A DNA stretch of 64,000 nt from Amoebidium appalachense (Eukaryota; Protista; Ichthyosporea). The translations under genes and the position numbers were made by a program. Of this stretch, positions 56,414 through 64,000 are shown piece after piece. Where the stretch lies: positions 13,750,418 through 13,814,417 of the forward strand of contig CAVNZM010000001.1 in the NCBI GenBank assembly GCA_963693365.1, in the 5' to 3' direction. The first letter of the stretch is position 1, and every line of letters starts with the position of its first letter. Under the pieces are notes generated by a model that was not told where the DNA came from, made no database searches, and was given only the letters and a program-made list of their open reading frames with translations.

Positions 56414-56538
56414 CACCCCCCCCCCCCTCCCCCCCTCCCCCCCCCCCCCCCCCCCCGGGGCCCACCCACGTGCACCCACTTATGATTGCCCACTCACCCA
56501 CCCACCCACACCGGTAACCACACACACACATGTACATG

Positions 56539-56569
<31 letters not shown>

Positions 56570-57299
56570 AAACACACACACACACACACATGCGCACACA
56601 CGACGTCCCTGCACACAGTCACGCGCACCCGCACATGATCATGTTCACCAAACGCCTGACTCGTTCATTTTCATTATGCATGATCATATGCCACAATTGC
56701 AAATATTGGATATTGTGGCTGTATATGTAGCTGGGGTTTTATTCTTACGTATTTGAAAGGACTATACTCTTCAAATTCAGCCTCACTCATTCACGCTTGC
56801 CCACAACTTGACCAAAGTGCATACAATGCCGAAGCTTACACAGATGAAGGGACGAGTCAGCAGCAGCTGCCGGATATCCTGCCGGATAGTTGTCGCCAAA
56901 TTGTTGTTGTTGTTAACGTTGTTGTTGTTTTGTGGGACCCCGAGGGGTGGGGACTAGGAAAGGAAGAAGGGGGGGGGGGGGGGGGGGGGGGGGGTGGTAC
57001 CGTAAGGGGGGGGGGGGGCTTGAGGCCTAGCTAGGCCTGAGGGGACGAACGAATTCCCGGTAGTCATGTACCGTTGTGAATAAACCATACCTTATCAAAC
57101 GTGCATAATTTTTAATTTTTCTTAATGAATCATTATCTGGAGTTAGGGAATAAGTGAGTGAGGGAGGGTGCGGATGGCGAGGAGTTGATGAAAAACTTGA
57201 CTTGAACGTCCGACTATGATACTGTGCTACGTCCGAGGCAGTGATGAATTGTGGTTTTTAATGAAATAAGTTTTTCCAGCTTCTTTGAAATCATTGAAG

Positions 57300-57371
57300 T
57301 CTTCGGTAGTATAGTGGTTAGTATCTCCGCCTGTCACGCGGAAGACCCGGGTTCGATTCCCGGCCGGAGAG
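57300..57371 (+). tRNA. trnD-GTC: tRNA-Asp (anticodon GTC)
   Basis: 72 nt with acceptor stem TCTTCGG/CCGGAGA, A-box TAGTATAGTGG, anticodon arm TCCGC-CTGTCAC-GCGGA and T-arm CCGGG-TTCGATT-CCCGG. T-runs downstream fit a Pol III terminator. Confidence 0.97.
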
Positions 57372-58297
57372 ATTTTGCCTTTTCTTTGGGTTTTTATTTG
57401 TTTTGTAACGTTTGTTCGTTCTTCTTAGGCCAAGGCCTGTTTTTGATCCAGGAGGTCTTGTTCTTGGCGCATGGAAAAAGGTTTTTTTGTTTTGTTTGAC
57501 GCATGGAGAAAAATTCTCCTTCCCCCCCTTCCCCCCCTTCCCCCGGGAGCTCCCCTTCCTCACCCTACCCAACAACTTATGGATTAACAACAACACACAC
57601 ACACACACACACAGTGACACACACCATACCCCCCCCCCCCCCCCCCCCCCCCTCCCCCCGCCCCATTCCTACCGCCCAAAAAAAAAGGAACATAATTAAT
57701 TTCGAATGATCGTGCAAACGAAGAACACCTTTGCTCTTAACTTAATTGCATACAACAAGCATTGCAGTCAAATCAGACACCTGCGACCACAGTTGATTCC
57801 AACCACACGGTTACGTCCTACTACGATTCGCTGTAAATCGCACATAGGCCTAACTAAAAGGAACATCCGTGCAGGTTCTTTCGAGCTCGGTTTGATGCAC
57901 GGCTAAGGATTTGAAGGGATGGCATGGTGCACTGCTGTTGCTCCCTTCTTAAGTCATGTTGACGAAAGGTTGGTTTCTAAAGGGTTATAATTTCACGCTT
58001 CCGAGACTCAAACAAAAGCCCCCTAGGCCTTATATATGGAGCTGCGCATGCAGCCGGTTTGCGATCGAGTCATGAGTCTAAATGTTTTCAATAGCGGGCC
58101 CTTTTGTACATCCGGTTTAACTATAAATGGGCAGACTGGCCGTGCCTACGTAGAGTGAAGTAGAGGTAAATGAAAGTCACACGTACAAGTCTGATTATGA
58201 AGGCCCATGCATGGCAAGGCCTGAACACTTTGCCTCAAATATGACGTCATCCGTGACAGTACCATTGAGAGCTCTTGAGAAGGTTTATAGATGGCAG

Positions 58298-58335
58298 GGC
58301 TGGGTTCGATTCCCGTCGGAGAGTTCTTTTGTTCT
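58298..58335 (+). pseudogene. tRNA-Asp-like 3' fragment (T-arm, acceptor 3' strand and T-run)
   Basis: GGGTTCGATTCCCGTCGGAGAG followed by TTCTTTT resembles GGGTTCGATTCCCGGCCGGAGAG of the tRNA 1 kb upstream. No intact D-arm or anticodon arm. Confidence 0.5.
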
Positions 58336-58427
58336 TTTTTTTTGTTAGTTTGATTTTTGTTTTATCCCCCCCTCCCCCCAGGCCCACACCACCACCACGG
58401 CCATCTTGAACAGCAATGCAACCCCCC

Positions 58428-58562
<135 letters not shown>

Positions 58563-58690
58563 AAAAAAGAAGAAGCACGCAAAACGGGCAGCGGGGAGAG
58601 GGGGGGGGGGGAGTCGACAGCTGTCTGGCAATAGTACATTTCTAGCTGTTGATTACTTACCACTCATTTTGAACGCCAAGCACCAGCGCA

Positions 58691-58989
58691 ACTATGGGGT
58701 GGTTACGCACGTATCCGCCGGTGGCGACATGAGCACCGTGCCGGCGGTCCAAGCTTTCCTGTTGTCTGATTGGTTGGCTCGATTGATCTGAGCCACTGCG
58801 CCAAAATCCAAAATCGTTGCGAAACGGTAATTGTATATGAAAATGATATGATATTTATAAATATGTTATGAAGACAATGAAAAATAAATATACATACATA
58901 CATAAAATTATGCCACTTACAGGCAGTGCCACGGCTGCTATGCTGCGTCGTGGCGCCACCGGCGCATCAGTCCGTATCCACCCCATAGT
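58691..58989. mobile_element. Older MITE-like element with ~45-bp degenerate TIRs
   Basis: Left ACTATGGGGTGGTTACGCACGTATCCGCCGGTGGCGAC versus the reverse complement of the right end, ACTATGGGGTGGATACGGACTGATGCGCCGGTGGCGCC. The interior is AT-rich. Confidence 0.65.
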
Positions 58990-59518
58990 ACTTTTCCTTG
59001 CCACCACACCATACGACTGGCTTTTACTCATACCCATGGATCGGTATCTCCGCACACACACACACCACCGCAGCACAAAGACATTGCCCCACACACAAGA
59101 GAGTAAATGCTGTAAAAATACACCCGAATACATTGAGCGATACTATTAGAAGCGGCTCCACAGGGTATCGCACAATGTCATTTTCTTCTTTCCCAGAGTA
59201 TAAGTTTATTCTGCGAGGCAAGCGGATACAAACACAAGGGTTTGATGTGTGACAGGAATTGATGAGAATACACACTCTCACCCAACACCTCAAGGCTCAG
59301 GCTTGTTTTGCTACCAATGCAGCTACTGTAACATCATGCAGTCCGAATTTTCGAGAATATCCACATATGGTGGTGGTCCGGCCATGCATTTGAAAACTGT
59401 ACATAATGTTGGCTACTTGTCTCGGTAGCTGGACTAACTGCCATACAATCCTTTTAGCCGTATTCGTGTGCCTGTACCTGTTTGTTCGTATGTTTGGTAA
59501 CCAAGATGCTTAGAGTGA

Positions 59519-59560
<42 letters not shown>

Positions 59561-59637
59561 ACCAGCATGACATTGGCTTGTTTCCTCTGTCGACTGGCTG
59601 CACATGGCGGGTTGTTGGCTTTTTGGAACGGCATGCT

Positions 59638-60218
59638 CTAGTTGGATTCTTTGCCGGTCACACCCTGCTCTGAGATGGGTTTCATGACGCGGTTCTGCTG
59701 AGAACGTAGCAGCCAATCGTTGAGCTGTATTGAAAAATAAAAGTCACTCAACGTGCCGTGATTTGCTGACCAAACGCCACTTAGCAGCCATGCATAGCTG
59801 TTTGGTATTTACTGCCTCCCGAATCCCACGTGCAAAAAAAAAACAAAAAAAAACAAAAAACGAAAAGAGTAAGAACAAGAAAAGAAAACAAAAGTGATAA
59901 TGGCAATCTGATTTTACCACCCTCACGAGCTTCCCTGGCTTGTGCGGTGGCAAGCACGATAGCAACCGTTGGGGACAAAGGGGAGAGGAGGAGCACCGTA
60001 TGGGTGGTATCTGTATACGCCCATGTGTGTGTGTGTGTGTGTGTGTGTCGCGCGCGTGCACGTGCATTTCTGTACATCGCTGGATGTTGTACCCAAACCA
60101 AAACAAAGCATTAACAGTACACAGTCCGCCCTTTTGGGCAGTCGTATTCCCATTCATCACGCACGTGCCCAAACTAATTGGCAGAGGGGATGAGGGGTAA
60201 AAAGGCGCCAGGGGCCCC

Positions 60219-60253
<35 letters not shown>

Positions 60254-60542
60254 GGATCTAACCTGGGATGTTGCGTTGTAGTGCTTGATAGCGTTTGAGC
60301 TGTAGGTGGGCAGGACCTCGTTTGCGGCATCGGCACTCTTCTTGAGGTAGATGTAGGCGTCAGTACCGTAGCCGTCCATGCTGATCAGCTGCAGATCTCC
60401 CCCCATGTAGCGCGCATACTAAGGGGGGGGGGGGGGGGTTAGACTGCGTTATAATGTACGAAAGTACACATTTAAGGTGGACAACATAATGCAGAGTGCA
60501 AACCACACAAAGAGTACGCACAGTAGGGGGGTGGAAGGGTGT

Positions 60543-60573
<31 letters not shown>

Positions 60574-60831
60574 GGGGGGGGGTAGTAGTTGGATGGCATG
60601 CGTGGGTGCAAAAAGACAACAAAAAAGTAAGCACGCGCATAAAATTACAAATACAGAAAACAGAGCCAATGCCCCCACATCACGCGTCAACGAACAAACA
60701 AGCACACACAAGTGTGCAGGTAGTGCACATAGCTCTCTACACTGCCTTCTCCACTAAGCCGTGCTTACGCCCCACTGGCTCCCCCCTCCCCCCCCCCCCC
60801 CTCCCCCCTCCCGCGACCGGCCCGCCCTCAC

Positions 60832-60870
<39 letters not shown>

Positions 60871-60883
60871 GCCCGCACGCCCG

Positions 60884-60938
<55 letters not shown>

Positions 60939-61042
60939 CAAGCCCAACACGTACCAGGCGACTCAAGGGCAGACCGTAGCCGAAGCCAGCCAGGGGGGCA
61001 TGGTTCATGTCCGTACGAGCAGCATCCTCAGTCAGGGTCTTG

Positions 61043-61077
<35 letters not shown>

Positions 61078-61315
61078 ACACATCAGTATTGCGAGGCATA
61101 CACGTGACAGCCTACCTAGTGCACGGCTGGTATTGGAGCCGGGGGAAGGAGAGGGAAGGGGTGGGGTGGGGTGGGGGGGGGGGGACCCCAGGCATGCCGG
61201 GCAAGACAGGAGTTAGGTGGAGAGCTTGAGAACGAGGCAGGAGGGAGGGAGGGAGGGAGGGGAGAGAGGGAGAGAGAGAGAGAGGGAGAGAGAGAGAGAG
61301 AGTGTGTGTGTGTAT

Positions 61316-61347
<32 letters not shown>

Positions 61348-61611
61348 GGGGAGGGGAGGGGGGGGGGGGGGGGGGGGTATGTCCAACTGTTAATTCTTCC
61401 AATTGAATTGGAGGGCAAAACTTAGAAAGTCGCAAACAACGACAGTCTGAGAGATACCAATAGTGAATTGGCAGGTGTTCTACTTGTGGCTGAGCTTCGG
61501 CAAGCCCACCCCAAGAATAAGACAATAGCACAGTAGTGCGTTCGGCAGATGCCAGAGGTGATGGTGAGCGGAGGGGACGGATTCATATATTCACCTATCC
61601 GCCCACCTTTC

Positions 61612-61649
<38 letters not shown>

Positions 61650-62332
61650 TCCCCCCTCTACTTCCTTCCATCCCTCGAGAGGGAATTTGGCACACCCGCT
61701 CACGTGTACATGTGTTTCAGAGGGTGTGCAAGTGTGCATGTGTGTGTGTGTGTGTCTGGTTGGGAGGGGGAGGGGGGAAGAGGGAGGGGATCAAATACAT
61801 CGGGAAGCTGTGCAGTTGTGTACAGGTATGTGAAGACGTGGGGCATGTCGCTGCGGGGGATTCCGCCGCCCTCATCTGAGATCTGGGCATTCCGCAAAAT
61901 GAGTACAAGCCAAACCCCCCCTTCCCCCCCTACCCTCTGACCCCACCTCCTTGATCTGCGCCAAACAACCATCACCCCCCAATATGCCATTTGATTGCAT
62001 GTCACACAACCATCACACCCACCAATTCTCCCTCCACCAACTGATGTAAACATGACACATCTAAGCGTTTAATCCAGGTATTTAGGTCTACCACACCACC
62101 CCAGACACCATAATGTACACCATATTGTCACCGTGCAAAACACCAGGTAATTCACTCAACTCACTCCCAGGGGTAACAGTAGACGATGCACCGTCTAACC
62201 AGACACAAGAAACACAACAACGCACACAAGAGTTTCAATCCACCATATATATCTACTTGTCACATTCCCCATATCCACGTCCCCTCCCCTCCATCTTACC
62301 CCAACACAATTTCACACACAAATTCACACACA

Positions 62333-62430
<98 letters not shown>

Positions 62431-62680
62431 TTAGTTGTTATGATACCTTAATGGTAAGGTCCTCGTCACCCTTCACCAGCACGACCTTGATCGGAGACAG
62501 GGGGGCATCCTCGGGCATGTACTCCACCACGGCACGCATCGAGTTCTGCAACCACACAGAGAACACACTCAGTCTGAGTCCCTAGAAACATGCAAAAGCA
62601 AAGCATGCTGTCGACACGGACAAAAAAAAAAAAGGACCGTCTCCCATGCCTGAATGGCTATATGCTAGCTTATCTGTGAA

Positions 62681-62714
<34 letters not shown>

Positions 62715-62719
62715 CGCCC

Positions 62720-62750
<31 letters not shown>

Positions 62751-63721
62751 ATGCGCCCCCCCCCCCTCCCCCCCTCCCCCCCTCCCCCCCCCCCCCCAAA
62801 ACACAAACATCACACATGCGCACAGACGAATGCCGGGGACGCACACAGACACAGACCACACAGACACCCACACACGCACCTTAAGCAGCTCGAACAGCAT
62901 GTGGTAGAGGTGGGAGGGGATGTAAGGGAAGCGGAAGTCCTGGTCCTTGTTGTGTGGGGTTATGATCTCCACGTTGGGTGACCGGCAGTAGTACTGGTCA
63001 CACAGGAACTGGAAAAGGGGTGTTGGGAGAAGGGGGGGGGGGGGGGGGGGGGGGGGGGGGTAAGAACGTGTTGCAGAGTAGGAGGTAGACCTTAAAACAC
63101 CATGCAGACTAACTCTCTTAAATCACTTGAAGCCGGTGTATCCATAAAATCGCGCCTAATAAATGAACAACGCTTAGTGGGATTGGTAGAAAGCTTCCAC
63201 CCAGAAACCATTACATTATGTTCCCAGTTCCGAACCGATACATCTCAGCTGCTATTCTGCCTGCCTGCACACACTCTGCCGCCTTTCCAACCTGGTGCCC
63301 CTGCACTACACTCCTTTACCTCTGCCTACGGCATTGTCATGCCTGCAATCAGTCGGCTACGTAGGGCCCTCTTTCGTAAAAACATTTTTAAATTTCCTTA
63401 TATGGCCAATCTAATCGAACCGGATTCGATCTGGACCAAAATACCCCTTGACAGAGTTTTCTCGTGCAACACGTAGGGCCCCCTTTGGCTCGTGGCACCA
63501 CATTTCGATTGGTCAAGCTGGACTCTGGACCATACTCCCGTGACTTCGCTCATTCCGGGAGTCCCACGTTCCAAAAACCCGAAAGCTCTCACTTCAACAA
63601 GGAGCAACAACAACTAAAACACATCATCTGGATGTGGGTGGTGGTGGTGGTGGTGGTGGTGGTGATGGTGATGGTGATGGTGATGGTGATTGTATATATT
63701 TATATTTTTTTATTTTTATTT

Positions 63722-63772
<51 letters not shown>

Positions 63773-63909
63773 ATATACCCTAGAGTTTTCAGCGGCGTCT
63801 CTGATGACTGCTGTGACCTGGCACTGGGGGTCGATAACACCGATCATGGTGGCAGGTGAGTTCTTGTTGCCAAACAGCTCCACGTGCTGACCAATCAGCA
63901 TGCGGATAC
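59638..63909 (-). CDS. PDK: Pyruvate dehydrogenase kinase (mitochondrial PDK/BCKDK family); 5' part lies beyond the window end
   Basis: Exons 63909-63779, 63008-62880, 62545-62447, 61882-61799, 61038-60955, 60418-60263 and 59724-59638 (TAG) join in frame. Motifs: GIRMLIGQH, YIPSHLYHMLFELLKNSMRA, KISDEGGG, PLAGFGYGLPLSRLYARY.GGDL, GYGTDAYIYL. Confidence 0.95.
60438..60526. mobile_element. Dispersed repeat family A, fragment 5, at the 3' end of a PDK intron
   Basis: TGTACGAAAGTACACAT...ATGCAGAGTGCAAACCACACAAAGAGTACGCA matches the reverse complement of 1110-1186 and matches 32220-32300. Confidence 0.65.
63100..63615 (+). mobile_element. Possible degenerate 3' end of a non-LTR retrotransposon inside a PDK intron
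   Basis: A ~500-bp complex, coding-like stretch in an otherwise simple-repeat intron. LCSQFRTDTSQL and PAISRLRRALF weakly resemble the C-terminal zinc-knuckle region of LINE ORF2, and the stretch ends in a short CAA-rich run. Confidence 0.3.
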
Positions 63910-64000
63910 CTGTGCAATCACCCAATCAAGAACACGCCCGGATAACATGGATCACACCGATACAATCTCACACCTTTGGCCGCGCTTTCCTTCCCCTCGT

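Overview
Eukaryotic, intron-rich, microsatellite-saturated DNA with poly-C/poly-G and (CA)n/(GT)n tracts. A receptor tyrosine kinase (RTK) locus points to a holozoan, and a unicellular one such as an ichthyosporean is my inference. Almost all long ORFs in the supplied track are artefacts of the simple repeats; the real genes are spliced. Intact genes: a 5'-truncated full-transporter ABCB/P-glycoprotein (+, to 16780), an intronless DUF5367-like membrane protein (-), a long-form adenylate kinase with a mitochondrial-type leader (-), a TPR/metallo-beta-lactamase (glyoxalase II-like) fusion (+), tRNA-Asp(GTC), and the 3' part of a pyruvate dehydrogenase kinase (-). Two loci are disrupted: a beta-helix/Cys-rich RTK and a P/Q/H-repeat + FAR1/MuDR-type zinc-finger gene. 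There are four short inverted-repeat elements (MITE-like) and one dispersed ~300-bp repeat family with 5 copies or fragments. The most notable pattern is intron architecture. Many introns lack a polypyrimidine tract and end in (CA)n-CGTAC-AG, which is the reverse complement of their GT-rich starts, suggesting splicing guided by end-to-end base pairing. All exon coordinates and domain calls were made by eye, without database searches.
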